A DNA stretch of 64,000 bases, taken from the human T2T-CHM13v2.0 reference genome, Homo sapiens. Both the position numbers and the translations under genes were made by a program. Shown one piece after another: positions 37,288 to 50,093 of this stretch (within the stretch, counting starts at the first letter, position 1; each line of letters opens with the position of its first letter). The stretch lies in assembly GCF_009914755.1 (NCBI RefSeq), contig NC_060935.1. One strand, given 5' to 3'. Below the pieces are notes generated by a model. That model did no database searches. It had not been told where the DNA came from and worked only from the letters and a program-made list of their open reading frames with translations.

Positions 37288-39981
37288 GAACAGACCAGTA
37301 ATAGGTTCCAAAATTGAATCAGTAATAAAAACCCTACCAACCAAAAAACTGCACTGGTCCAGATGGATTCACAGCCGAATTCCACCAGATATACAAAGAA
37401 GACATAGTATCAATCCTACTGAAACCATTCCAAAAAATTGAGGAGGGGGGCTCCTCTATAACTCATTCTCTAAAGGCAGCATCACCCTGAGACCAAAACT
37501 GGCAAAGACACAATGAGAAAAGAAAACTTCAGACCAATGTCCCTGATGAACATAGACACACCAATTCTCAACAAAATACTAACAAACCAAATCCAGCAGC
37601 ACACCAAAAAGATAATTCACGATGATGAAGTAGGCTTTATTCCTGGAATGCAAGATTGATTCAACAAATGCAAGTCAATAAATGTGATTCATCACAAAAA
37701 CATAATTAAAAGGAAAAAAACTAATCTCAATATTTACATAAAAAGCTTTTGATAACGTCCAATGTCCCTTCATGATAAAAAGCCCCAACACAATAGACAC
37801 CTAAGGAGCATACCTCAAAATAATAAGAGCCATCTATGACAAACCCACAGCCAACATTGTACTAAACAGGCAAAATCTAGAACCATTCCCCATGAAAACT
37901 AGAACAAGACAAAGATGGCCACGCTCACCACTCCTATTCAACTTAGTACTGGAAGTCCTAGCTGAAACAATCAGGTAAGAGAAAGAAATGCATCCAAATA
38001 GGAAAAGAAGTCAAGCTATTTATCTTCACTGATGATATGATTCTATACTTAGAAAACACTAAAGACTCTGCAAAAATGCTCCTAGAGCTTATAAACAATT
38101 TCAGGAAAGTTTCAGGATACAAAATCAATGTACAGAAATCGGTAGCATTTCTATATACCAATAACATTTAAGCTGAGAGCCAAATCAAGAATGCAATCCT
38201 ATTTACAGTAGCCTCAAAAAGAATACAATACCTAAGAATACAGAGAGCCAAGGAGGTGAAGAATCTCTACAAGGAGAATTACAAAACACTGTTAAATCAA
38301 AGATGACACAAAAAGAAAAAAGGTCCCATGCTCATGTATTGGAAGAATCAATATCATTTAAATGGCCATACTGCCCAAAGCAATTCACAATTCAACACTA
38401 TTCCTATTAAACTATCAACATAATTTTTCACAGAATTAGAAAAAACTATTCTGAAATTAATGGAACCAAAAAAGATCTCGAATATCCAAAGCAATCCTAA
38501 GTAAAAAAGAACAAAGCCAGAGGCATCACATTACCCAACTTCAAACTATATACTACAATGCTACAGTAACCAAAATAGCATGATTCTGGTATAAAAACAG
38601 ACACATAGACCAATACAACAGAATAGAGAATCCAGAAATAAAGCCACATGCCCACAACCATCTTATCTTTGACAAAATCAACAACAATAAGCAATGGTGA
38701 AAAAACTCCCTATTCAATAAATGATGCTGGGATAACTGGCTAGTCATATGCAAAAAAATGAAACTAGATCCCTACCTAACACCATAAACCAAAACTAACT
38801 CAAGATGTATTAAAGACTGAAATATAAAGCCTCAAACTACAAAAATCCTAGATGAAAACCTAGGAAACACCCTTCTTGATATTGGCCTTGGGAAATAATT
38901 TATGGCTAAGTCCTCTTGCAACAAAACCAAAAATTGACAAGTGGAACCTAATTAAAGAGCTTCTGCACAGCAAAAGAGATCATCAAAGGAGTAAACAGAC
39001 AACCTAGAGAATGGTAGAAAGTATTTGTAAACTATGCATCCAACAAACGTCTAATATCCAGAATCTACAAGGAACTTAAATCAACAAACAAAAACCCCAT
39101 TAAAAATGAGCAAAGGACATGAACAGACACTTTTCAAAAGAAGATATACAAGCAGTCAACAAATATATGAAAAAATGCTCATCATCACTAACAGAAAAAT
39201 GCAAATCAAAACCCCAATGGGATACCATCTCACACCAGGCAAAATGACTTTTGTTAAAAAGTCAAAAACAAAAACAAAAACAGATGTTGGTGAGGCAGCA
39301 TCTGTTTCTCTGTTTCCCTGCAGAGAAAAGGGAATACTTATACATTGTTTTTGGGGATGTAAACTAGTTCAGCCAACCGTGGAGAGCAGTTTGGAGATTT
39401 CTCAAATAACTGAGGGTTGAACTACCATTTGACCCAGCAATGACTTCTGGGTACATACACAAAAGAAAATAAATCATTTTATCAAAACGACACATGCACC
39501 CATATGTTCATTGCAGAACTATTCACAATGGCAAAGACATGGTGACCATCAATGGTGGATTGCGTAAAGAAAATGTGGTACATATATTCCAAGGAATACT
39601 ATGAAGCCATAAAAACGAATGATATTATGTCTTTCGCAGCAACATGATACAGCCGGAAACCATTACCTAAGCAAAATAACACAGAAACAGAAAACCAAAT
39701 ACCACTGGTTCTCATTTATACCACGGAGCTAAACATTGGGTACACATGATCATAAAAATGGGAAAAATAGACACTGGGGAATACAAGAGGTGGGAGGAAA
39801 GCAGTGGGGAAGAGCTGAAATAAACTACCTTTGGGTACTATACTCACTAACTGGATGACACATTAATTTGTGCTCCAAACTTCAGTATCATGTAACATAC
39901 ATTTGTAACAAACTTGCACATGTATCCCCGACTGTAAGATAAAAGTTGAAAAAAGAAAAAAGCAAAAGAAAGAAAAAGAAA
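37288..39981 (+). mobile_element. 5'-truncated older primate L1 (L1PA16/L1PB4-like)
   Basis: Decayed ORF2 from 'aacagaccagtaat' through 3'UTR to an A-rich tail. Confidence 0.88.
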
Positions 39982-40299
39982 TCCACACATAGGCATCTGG
40001 TATGTATATCTATCTTTTGTTATCTTTTCAAGAATTTGTTTAGAATGAGCCAGTTGCCCTGCAGCTTATTAACTCAGAGAAACTAGTCACAGTCAAGTTT
40101 CTGAAAATGCCAAGATGCAGGTAGATGATAAAGCACTCACCAAAGTAATAACATCCATTGTAGTCTCTAGTAGCCAGTCAGTTGTTCTTCTGCTATAAAT
40201 CTTGACATATCACAGTATGTCTTCTTTCAAATTGCACCCCACTAACCCCACCTCTGACAAATTACATGGCATTTCAGCATGGAGGGAGGAAGGACTTAC

Positions 40300-40339
40300 C
40301 TGGGATTTGGCCATTTCTTCTTCTTAGGAAAGTGGAAAA
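40300..40339 (-). other. Candidate orphan 40-nt exon ending ATG GCC AAA TCC CAG|GTAAGT
   Basis: Minus strand reads cttttctttctttttttgttccag|...gaaATGG...CAG|gtaagt. Confidence 0.45.
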
Positions 40340-41293
40340 CTGGAACAAAAAAAGAAAGAAAAGTAATTATAATCAGAGCTTGCCTTACAGCTCCAGATTA
40401 ATCACTTTTAAAACCTCACTTATCAACTATATCTAAGAACATTCTGTAGGAGACTGAATCCCTGTGTCCTATGTAAGGAAGAACCATGTTGAAGTAGTGT
40501 GACCTGTCAGATTAAATGTTAAGTAAAAATTTGGAGCAACAGCAATTCATAATCATAACCAATGCATAATCTGTTCAATTACCTTGTAGAGAATTATACC
40601 CATGACTTATACCTTCTTCCTCACATCGATAGGGAGAACACACTGAAGGAAGCAGAATGAGGGGCACTAAGCACTGCAGGAGAAGATGGGGATGGCAGAC
40701 TCAGCCTGACCAAAGAAATCAATCACATCTTGGTAAAGTAAGCCACTCTCATTTGTGTCTGGATTAGAGTAGGATGAACATCAGAAAAGGGCTCTGTGAT
40801 CAGCCTCCTTTACTAGGCTTTAATGTAACTGATTTTCCCTTTATTATCTCCTAAACTCCTAATTTAGAACAGCATATAATAAAGCCTTTTTGTGCAGCTT
40901 TCTATCCAGGCACCAAGAGGGGAAACCAGCTCTTATATGCAGAACTGACATACAATGCCTTCCTCCAAAATGCTAGCAACAACCATCTCTGTACCCTCAA
41001 AAGTGAACTTGTTGAGGGCAAGACTTAGGTGTCCTATCACACTGAATCCCAGAGAAAGCAAACAAGATAGAATTAAATTGGCCTGTGTTTGTTCTTCAGC
41101 CTCCCCATCAGAGCTGAACTAGAGATGACTCAAACACAAAATCATTAGGCTTCCTGGGGTTTGTGGTAAAATGGAATATGAGATATGCTAAAGATGTTTT
41201 CACTACAAAACACTCAAAATAACCAAATAAATATAATACCTTGATAATTTTGAACTTTACCTGAGCTATGTGATCCTATAATCCTCTTAAGAA

Positions 41294-41592
41294 TCTAGGG
41301 TGTGGTGGCTCATGCCTGTAATCCCAGCACTTTGGGAGGCCGAGGCAGGCAGAACACAAGGTCAGGAATTTGAGACCAGCCTGGCCAACATGGTGAAACC
41401 CCATCTCTATTAAAAATACAAAAATTAGCCAGGCATGGTGGTGGGTGCCTGTAATCCCAACTACTCGGAGGCTAAGGCAGGAGAATTGCTTGAAGCTGGG
41501 AGGCAGAGGTTGCAGTGAGCCCAGATCGTGCCAATGCACTCCAGCCTGGGTGACAGAGATCCGTCTCAAAAAAAAAAAAAAAAAAAAAAAAA
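41294..41592 (+). mobile_element. AluS (Sg/Sc-like) with long A tail
   Basis: Dimeric Alu followed by a long pure A run. Confidence 0.92.
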
Positions 41593-41597
41593 AGGTA

Positions 41598-41667
41598 TTA
41601 CGTTGGTGCAAAAGTAATTGCACTTTTTACAATAAAAGTAATGGTAAAAACTTTTGCACCAAGCGAA
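41598..41667. mobile_element. MADE1 (Hsmar1-derived MITE)
   Basis: tta(c)gttggtgcaaaagtaattgc ... cttttgcaccaa; TA flanks. Confidence 0.9.
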
Positions 41668-41774
41668 TAAAATTGCTGGGAAAAAACATCAGCAGTCTGA
41701 TCAAACATCCCACTTTCCCAAACCTACTTCTTTCTAGCCACGTTTATGCCTTCCTATAAAAGAAGTAGACATGG

Positions 41775-42750
41775 GTTCTGGAGCAAGGACATTATTTCTG
41801 GAGAAGATAACTAGTCACCCTTTGAAAAGAAGCTTCTGATATACTACTAGGCCCTAGTGGACACTGAACACCTACCTGGAACATCAAATGACTAGATAGC
41901 CACACCCACCCATGAACTGAGTATTGTCAGATCAACCAAGTTATAAAATTGGATAGGTACTATAGCAGTCCATCATAGGAGGGAAATGGTATGTTTGAGA
42001 TTGATTCAGAGGGCTAAAATTTCATGAATAGGTGGCCCAGACTCCCATGTTCCCTAGCTCTGCTGCACTCTTGGCTCTTCCTAAACTTGTATCCATGGCC
42101 CTACAAGTAGCTTCCTGTGACCAGCTGACAGAGGAAGTGAAAACACAGGCCTGGGTCACAGAAGAGTTGGCTCAATATTGCAACCACCAGACAAATCTGG
42201 TTCAATTTTTATGTAACAAGGTTGTGAGTTATTTTTCAATTCCCATGGACCCTCAGGTCATGTAACCTGAGTATGCCCAGATAAACCAAGCCTGCAACCA
42301 TAGGGAGAACCTAATGCTCAGACCTAGCAGCAGAAACTGAATTAAGAAGCAGACACTGCATGTCATAACCCAGGATCAAATCAAATTGAGCTCTGGCATC
42401 ACCTACATGGCAGGATGCAATCAGATAATGCCTCCCAGCACTACCTTATTGCAAGATCCAATCAGATCATGCTTCATTGCCCTATGCTTATAAAACCCAA
42501 CCCTGCCCCTAGCTCAGGGAGACAGATTTGAGCCTTTCCTCCTGTCTCCTTGCAAGTCAACTTGTAATTAAGCTTTTTCTATTTTTGAAAGCTTGTGCCA
42601 AAGTATTGGTCTCCATGTGTATCAGGCAGCAAGCCCATGGATTTCTTCGTAGCAGTATGTTGGAGCCAAAATCATACTGCTGCTGTACCTCAGCCCCACT
42701 CAAGGATAGCCTTAACAACGGTGAAGGGAAATCTTTCCAGTGGCAAAGTC
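41775..42750 (+). mobile_element. ERVL-like pol (RT/RNase H) remnant split by an LTR
   Basis: ORF 42032..42265 has CDQLTEEVKTQAWVTE, like ERVL YDQLTEEEKxxAWFTDG; resumes at 42655 with 'ggtgaagggaaatctttccagtgg'. Confidence 0.75.
42179..42654 (+). mobile_element. LTR47-like solo LTR
   Basis: TG...CA ends, atat/gtat flanks, 'gatccaatcagatca' CCAAT repeats, TATAAAA at 42489. Confidence 0.75.
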
Positions 42751-43162
42751 ACAAAAAAATGTTGAAAAACCTCATCTGTTAAAGTATTATACACAGAGCT
42801 GTGTATGGAATATGCTACTATTTTTATTTTTAAAAACCAAAAAGGATATGCATATCTATTTGCTTGTGCATGTATTAAAAATGCTTTGAAAGAATTCATT
42901 AGACACCAGAAAAAAATGGCTGCCTCCAGAGATAGGTACTGGATAGGTGAGAGAAGTGAGAGGGAGACTTACACCTTACAACCTCTGTATCTTTTGTATT
43001 TACAGCCACATTAATGTATTATCTATGTTTTAAAGGAAAATTAATGTTCATTATACAATGGAATACTATCTTTCAAAAATTCTTAAGAATGTCTTTCTGT
43101 TGTCTTTATATATATTAGGTGGATATTACCTAATTCTAATTTGTCAATTCCAGATCCCCAAA

Positions 43163-43199
43163 ACACACACACACACGCGCACATGTGCGCACACACACA
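43163..43199. repeat. Alternating purine-pyrimidine (CA/CG/TG) tract
   Basis: acacacacacacacgcgcacatgtgcgcacacacaca. Confidence 0.9.
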
Positions 43200-44289
43200 A
43201 AGGTGATGAGAATATATTTGTCCCTACCAGGTATATATTCACATTATAAAACCAAAGTCATTTAAATTAGTGTGGCACTCCTGCAAAAATTCAACAGACC
43301 AGGAAAAATGAGAATCAAGCAACAATTATAAGAGCTTGTTTATGAAAAAGAATCACAAACCAGTGACTGGAGAAGGCATTATGGAAATTGGCAAAATATG
43401 TAGGCATAGGCAGGAAATCAAGTTAGCATCACACTTGATATCACATACCAAAATTATATCCTCCTTTTCAAAGCTTTCCAGCCTCATCATGTGAGAAAAG
43501 TGTTTTCATCAACACCCTGACTTTAATCCTGGACAAGCTGCCTGGACTGTGGGAAAGGGCAAAGAGTCTCAGGTCACAAACCTTGTAATAATCATGGTAG
43601 AGTTCTGGACAACCGCTTACTATTTCTTTGCCTGCGTTTCTTCATGGTCAAAATGGATGGCTCCTTGTTATCTGTGATTCCACTTTCCCCTAGCCTCCCT
43701 GCTTCCCTCCAGGATGTCCAGCACCAGCCAGTGTACAGGCCCAAGGTCTGGACACCCTCCCTGCCTCTGGTTTCCCTAAGACACTGCCTGCGGCAGGGCT
43801 GGGGCTGTGGCAGCACACACCGTCGGGGCTGGTACTCCAGTGCTCCCCCGCCCACCACAGTGGATGAGGGCCCTACCCTAGAGCCCCCTCAGGCCTCCTG
43901 CACTTACTGCCACCAAACTCCAAGTCACCCCTACACACCCGCAACTGCTTTTTTACTTCCTCCTTAAGAGCTCAGGCTAAGCCTTCCTTTTCTCTTTGTG
44001 CTGTCAGTATCTCATCTCAGTTCAACATTTGTAAGTAAACTAAACAATGCTTTAGAATCTTTATGACTTCTACACTTCTAGAATTCTCATATTTTCATTG
44101 CATGGCTCATATTTTCATGATTTTGTGTCCAAATTCTACTTTGCCCGACTTTCTGTATGATTAATCATAACTCCTCATTTGGTAATATTTTAATACCACT
44201 TTTAATTTCCAATATAATCTCTTACATTGACTGGTTAGCCAGAGCAAGCTTATTATTACTACAACTAGTTACCTGTCAATTTGTCAGAA

Positions 44290-44730
44290 CACCACTGGCT
44301 CTACTGGCATCTCCCCGTGAACCGCCTCTTGGTGTTCATAACGTTGTGTAGTCCCCTTCCTGTGAATCTAGGGTGGTCCTGTCACTCTTCTTCCTTAATA
44401 GAATATGGCAGAAGTGATAGTTTGCACTGAAATTTCATGAAGGGCTGGAAGTTTCTACTCTTGAGCTCTTAGGATCCCTGAGCAACTCAGGAAGAATCCA
44501 GGAATTCTGCTGGAAATGCCATGTAGAAACTATGTGAAGAGGGAGAAGTCCTGAAACTACATGGAGAGAGAAAAAGCACAGCCCAGCTTGTTCCTTAATG
44601 CAATCACAGGAATGCACACTGGCAAGACGAGCAGAACCAAGCAGCTCAGCTCAGCCTAGCCCAGATTTCACAATTGTGAGCAAATAAAATGGTTGTTGTT
44701 AGGTAAAATGGCAATAGGTAACCAAAACAT
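44290..44730 (+). mobile_element. MLT1-type MaLR LTR
   Basis: 'tgtgtagtccccttcc', 'aatagaatatggcagaagtga', 'attgtgagcaaataaaatggttgttgtt'. Confidence 0.7.
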
Positions 44731-45203
44731 CAGTGTTAGCAAAGTGGCATAATTAATATATTGTCAAAGTTGTATTTCAAGAGTGAAGACTGCTAATAAT
44801 GGCCAAAGAATCTGTGCTGCTTCCGCAACCATCAATAGGATAAACATGCTATGAATAATATGACAGGATATCAACTTTGTCTTAAATCAACCTTTTTACA
44901 CTAACAGTAAAGTATAAATAAAATGTGTAAATTGTCCTCAGAGGGAAAAATACTCAGCTGTATTAGATTTCGAGGACAGGACTGACAGATCGTGCTGTGC
45001 CACAGAATTATGTCACATGCTGTGAGAAAGCTGTTCCTCACCAAGGGGCCCATAGAATCAACCATTGGGACTTTTCTTTCAGCTTCTACAATGAACACAT
45101 TTCTAACATGTACCAGCTCTGAGGTCTGAACGAGTCATCCAGCTATGTATGCTTTCATTCTGGGACATCTGACCCAGGTTAAGATTCTGGCTAGTCACAT
45201 TAT

Positions 45204-45743
45204 TGTTAAGTAAACAGGAGCATAGGAGAGCTACGGTAATACTATTTTTAAATCAACTCCATCGTAAAACCAGCAAGGCACATTCCTGGCCAGTCACAAT
45301 GCACAGTCATAACATGTTTTTGGCTAAGGAAGCAGTTTAGTAATGCTTGCAAGGATAAACTCCTATGATGGCAGAATGTCCAGATGTCCCGGTATCACAT
45401 AACAATGTATACTTTTACGATATAGTCATGCTTTGATGTACTTATGCACTAAAATGCCACAGAAAACTTTTTAAAAACAAAGTACTAAATTTTGTCACGC
45501 TGTCAGCCTACCCCCACATAGACATAATAGTTTTTACATAGATAAGACTCCTATACAAGAACAGTTTAAAACAAAGAAGGCACATTCCTCCATTTCGTTT
45601 CTGAGGACACCCTACTCTGTATCTGGGTAGCTTTCAATAAACTCTCTTCTCACTGTACTCTGCAACTCGCCTTGAATTCCTTCCTGCTTAGACCCAAGAG
45701 TTCTCTCTTAAGGTCTGGATTGGGACCTCTTTTTCTGGCAACA
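45204..45743 (+). mobile_element. ERV1 solo LTR (MER4/MER41 group)
   Basis: tgtt...ggcaaca ends, ttat/ctat flanks, 'ctttcaataaact...ccttgaattccttcctg...ggtctggattgggacc'. Confidence 0.75.
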
Positions 45744-46129
45744 CTATTTCCTACTTCATTTTAGCCTCTGATCCTCAGAGAAATCACTTTGAGCTGATTC
45801 TTTTTGTATCTACCTACCTATTTCTAAATACTGCACTATGCTTATGCAGTAAGATTGACAATTTTAGGTACTTCCTTCTGCTTTTTTTCTATTATGGGAG
45901 ATGGAAATTTGGTGTTTTTATACCCCCTCTCACTTACCCTTCCATGATCCTACTAACATAGTTTCTATCAATTTTTTGTTAATTTATTTTCAGTGATCAC
46001 ATTTTTATGACTATGCCATATTGTCCAAACAGAGATAAGCAGTGTTCTATGATTACATTTTCTTCCTTATCCTATTTTTTGTTCTTTCTTATGCCTTTAT
46101 GTTTGATTGGCTTGCCTAGATTTTATATA

Positions 46130-46711
46130 CAGTTTAACCTCATTACTAATGGATTTCATATTTGTAAATTCACCTACTCACTACAATTTATTTGTAACCC
46201 AAATCAATACTTGTAGCACTTTCCCCAGTCATTTGTACACATGTGCAGAGCAGAGCAAATTTCAAGTTGCCCAAGGTGCATGTGACCAGCTGAGGTTGAA
46301 CAAAGCAATGCCATACCTTCTTGTTTTAGCTCTTCTACCATAAAAAGCATCCTTTCACAATATATTTAGTGCTGTTTTAGCATTTTTGTGCTTTTTGTTG
46401 ATTTTTGCTGTTTAAAATGGTCCCAAGTATAGTGCTCAGGTGCTGTCTAGTGTTCCTAAGTACAAGAGGGCTGTGATGTACCTTAGGAAAAAATACATGT
46501 GAAAGAGAAGCTTCCTTCAGGCATTATAGTGCTGTTGTCTTGTGAGTTCAGTATTAACAAATCAATATAGTAAATGTTATTTTATATATATTTTATATAT
46601 TATATGATATATTAATACCATTTAATACTAATATCGCATATTAAAGGCAAATTATGTATTGATCCGTTGACAAAAATGTTGTGATAAGAAGCTCATAGGA
46701 ATCTTACCCTC
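46130..46711 (+). mobile_element. MER82-like Tigger element
   Basis: 'cagtttaacctcatta...atttatttgtaaccc..aaatcaatact', 'cagctgaggttgaacaa'. Confidence 0.8.
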
Positions 46712-47949
46712 TGGTGAATCATGAACTTTTCTATGCCACAATTTCTCTTGACTATAGAATGTGCCTTGTGGGACCTTTCTCAAAGCAGTTGTGAAATTTT
46801 AATGACATTAAACTTCTAAGACTGAGAATCAGTGTGCTGTGAAAATTAATACTTTATTATGTGAATAGGCACTATTCTAGAGAAAAGATCAATTTGTTTG
46901 GGCAGTAGCCTTAGGACTCATCTTATTTCGACATTTTATTTTATAGCTGAAGCTGCTTAAGCTCAGAGAGGTCAAAAGATTATCCCAATCCCATAACATC
47001 AGTAAAGGACAGATTCTGGGTAAAACCCCAGTGAGCCTTTTGGATCCTTCAGCCACTGTGCTGTCACTGTTCACCAGGAAACTATTTTGAAGAATGTTAG
47101 AGTTCTAATTCATCTGACAATTAATTTTAATGTTCAGTGAAGGATATCTTATGGGTGCAGTGATTGTGGTCTGTATTCCAAATTTTAGGGCCTGATTAGA
47201 CAGAAACAGAAACACACCATAGCATTGCCTTTTTGACTGGGTCATAGTTTTTCAGCCTCTGCATACCCCATATTAATATTCAATAGATATTAGGATTTAA
47301 TCATTCAATTTGATAGGAATTTCTGACAGGATCTGCCTGACTCTGATACTTTTCTCACCAGAATTGCTGATGAGAGTCTGTATTACTCCCAGTTCACACT
47401 GAGCCAATGATTATGTTTGTTGACATTAGGTAGAAATATACCTTGTCTTCCCAAAAACTGATCTCAGCTCAGGAAGCCTTGCTCTTAACCAATAGGCTAT
47501 ATTTATTCCTAAAACTGCATTTTTCTCACTTTGCTTGAAACACTTTTAACTCCTCCTTGTCCACCCCCTCAGGTTATTGCAATTTATTCTGGACTAAGAT
47601 GAGAACCTCTCTCTTTGGAAAGCCTACCCTGACTCCCCAAAGTTGGGCATGACTATTCCCATGGCACGACTTGAACTTTATATTATCCAAATGAAAAAAC
47701 AAAACCCTCTAGTCCCTTAAGAGTAGCTTAAATCTCAACATTGATATTTGAGGTTAATGTTTTAATTAATCTTGAAACATTAATCTAGACAGACTGATTT
47801 CACAGTCCCTAAAACACTGTGTTCAACTGTAAGATTTTACAAGCAATTCTTCCTGTCTGTAAAGTAGTAAAGGATTTTGGCCTCCTTTTTACCTATTAAA
47901 ATACTAAATAAAGTCCAGTTTTAAAATTAATTTCTGATATATTCATCAT

Positions 47950-48365
47950 GGTCAAAATATATCCAATATTTGATTATTTCTGTCACCTCCACTGTTAACA
48001 CTATGTTAACACCTTATCTCTTTTAGGGGTAACTGCAATACCTCCTAATTGGAATCCCTGCTTTGGCTCTAGCCTCTACTTTGTCAGTTCTTAACACAGC
48101 ATTCAGAATAAGCCTGTTTAAATTTGTTAGATCACTTAAAACCCTCCAGTGGCTTTTTACTTCACTTAGAATAAAAGACAATGCCTTTACAATTACTTAC
48201 AAGGCCCTATTACCTTTAATTTCCCTCTGTTTTCCTCCTCCCTTACAGTGCTGCAGTACATTCCAGGTCCATTCCTAGCCTCAGACCCTTTGCACTTGCT
48301 CTACCCTCTACACAGAATTCTTTTTCCATGGAGAGCTCCATGGCTCACTTGCTCCCTCACTTGTT
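47950..48365 (+). mobile_element. L2 fragment
   Basis: 'cttaaaaccctccagtggct...cacttagaataaaa...tacaaggccct', 'cctttgcacttgct'. Confidence 0.7.
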
Positions 48366-50093
48366 TTAGTGAGATAACATCCTGGGATCTGAGTATGTGC
48401 ATATGAGCTTCTACCATATGATGTTACATAACCCTGTTCTTTACAAGCCCCCTAATAGTATGAAACTCTATTTCCATAGAACATATTCCTGTAGAATTAC
48501 TGTAGCAAAGAGTAACAGCAATTTTAAGGCTCAGGATTGGCCAAATTGTTTTTCCAAAAAGTCGTTATCAATTTACCCTCAACATAAGCATAAGTATACA
48601 TCACTCCATACTCTTGCTGAAAATGGCTATTGTCATTTTTGTTAATAAAAGTGATACTGCTTTGCTTTAATCTGTTTATGTTCTTCGTCAAAATTTTAAA
48701 TTAGGTGTCCATTTAATTAAAAAGAGTTTGTACTGTCACAATCATGGCAAATATTTCTCCTATTTTTGTCTGACTTATATGTTTTTCACCCAGTTTAAAA
48801 ATTTTTATGTGGTCAAATTGTGTATTTTTTCTGAGTGTTTAAAAATCCCTCTAGAGAATTTTAAATATTTTATAGTGGAACCTCCTTTAAAAAAACAAAA
48901 TCAAGTCATTTTTGCATATGAAGAGATAAAATGTGGCTACACTTGCAGTTCTTTTGCTTCTGAAGATACTAGTCTTCATGAAACCACATGGAGGTCCATG
49001 GAACACAGCTTGAAAACCTGTATTCAATCAATGTTTTATTCTGATATAGGTCATGAAATGAAAGTCTTTTTTATTAAAGAGTTAAATAATGATCTCAGCA
49101 CAATTTACTGAATAATCCTCCTATTCGCAGATCTTTATCATGTGTGAACTCTATAAGCATATGCACTGTATGTTCAAATACACATATATAATCCATACAC
49201 TGGTATATTTCTAAGCTATTTAGTGACTTAGAATCCTAACTTTTTTTTTCAAATATACAATTAAATTCTCCATTATTACAACTTCATATACCAATATACA
49301 ATTTATTATATGTTAGGGCAATATCATTAATCTTTCTTACAATTATCTTTGCTCTTCTCCAATGTCTATTTTCCTTAAAAGACTAGAACATCTTTATCTC
49401 AAATTCATTGGGATTTTCATGAGATCTGAAACAAATATATAAATTAGGAACATTCCCTTAAGGAAAATTAAGACTCCTCTAGTCAAGTCCTCTTTTATAT
49501 TTCCCCGTTTTTTATTATTTTCATTCTGCATTTTTGTAAATTAAAAACCAGATTTTTTGACAATTACATTTCCTGAATATTCCAAGAATTTAGAAAACTA
49601 ATGATTTTGTATTTTTGCCCAACTTAATGAGTTTAAATTAGTGCACTTTTCACCTTTAAAAACATATTGTAGGTACTCCTTTATGTTTGTCTAATAAACC
49701 TTCACCTGGTCTCACATTTAAGCAATATCACATTTTCATCTGTTATAGCACGTAATTAGAAATTTTTAACCCAGTGTTTTCAACATTTTAAAATGAAGCA
49801 TTGAACGTGTTTTGATACATTTGGCTTTAATCATCTTGATCCGTTTATTTTAATATTTTAGGCCAACTTCTTGGGGATTTTTTTGGTAGTCATTGCTACA
49901 GAGACTGAATAATTTTTGCTTTTATCTTCTCCCATTTTGAAAGGTATATGCACTTTTTTTAGTTTTATTAAGTTGTAATTTTAGGTTTGTAAAAAAAAAA
50001 AAAAAAGGCCTTTCTTAAATTGTCATTCAAAAAGAAAATGTTATTATGAGTCCCTGCTATTTAAGATCAGAAATGTGGCACTTATGGTCTCTC

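Noticed and set aside
40135-40240. Possible decayed KRAB-A exon end on - (ctagagactac...ttg|gtgagt)
   Set aside because: Only a short partial resemblance; no VTFxDV or EEW motif upstream
41276-41759. Alu-derived ORFs (also near 21228, 22191-22440, 30777, 36470)
   Set aside because: Standard Alu translation artefacts
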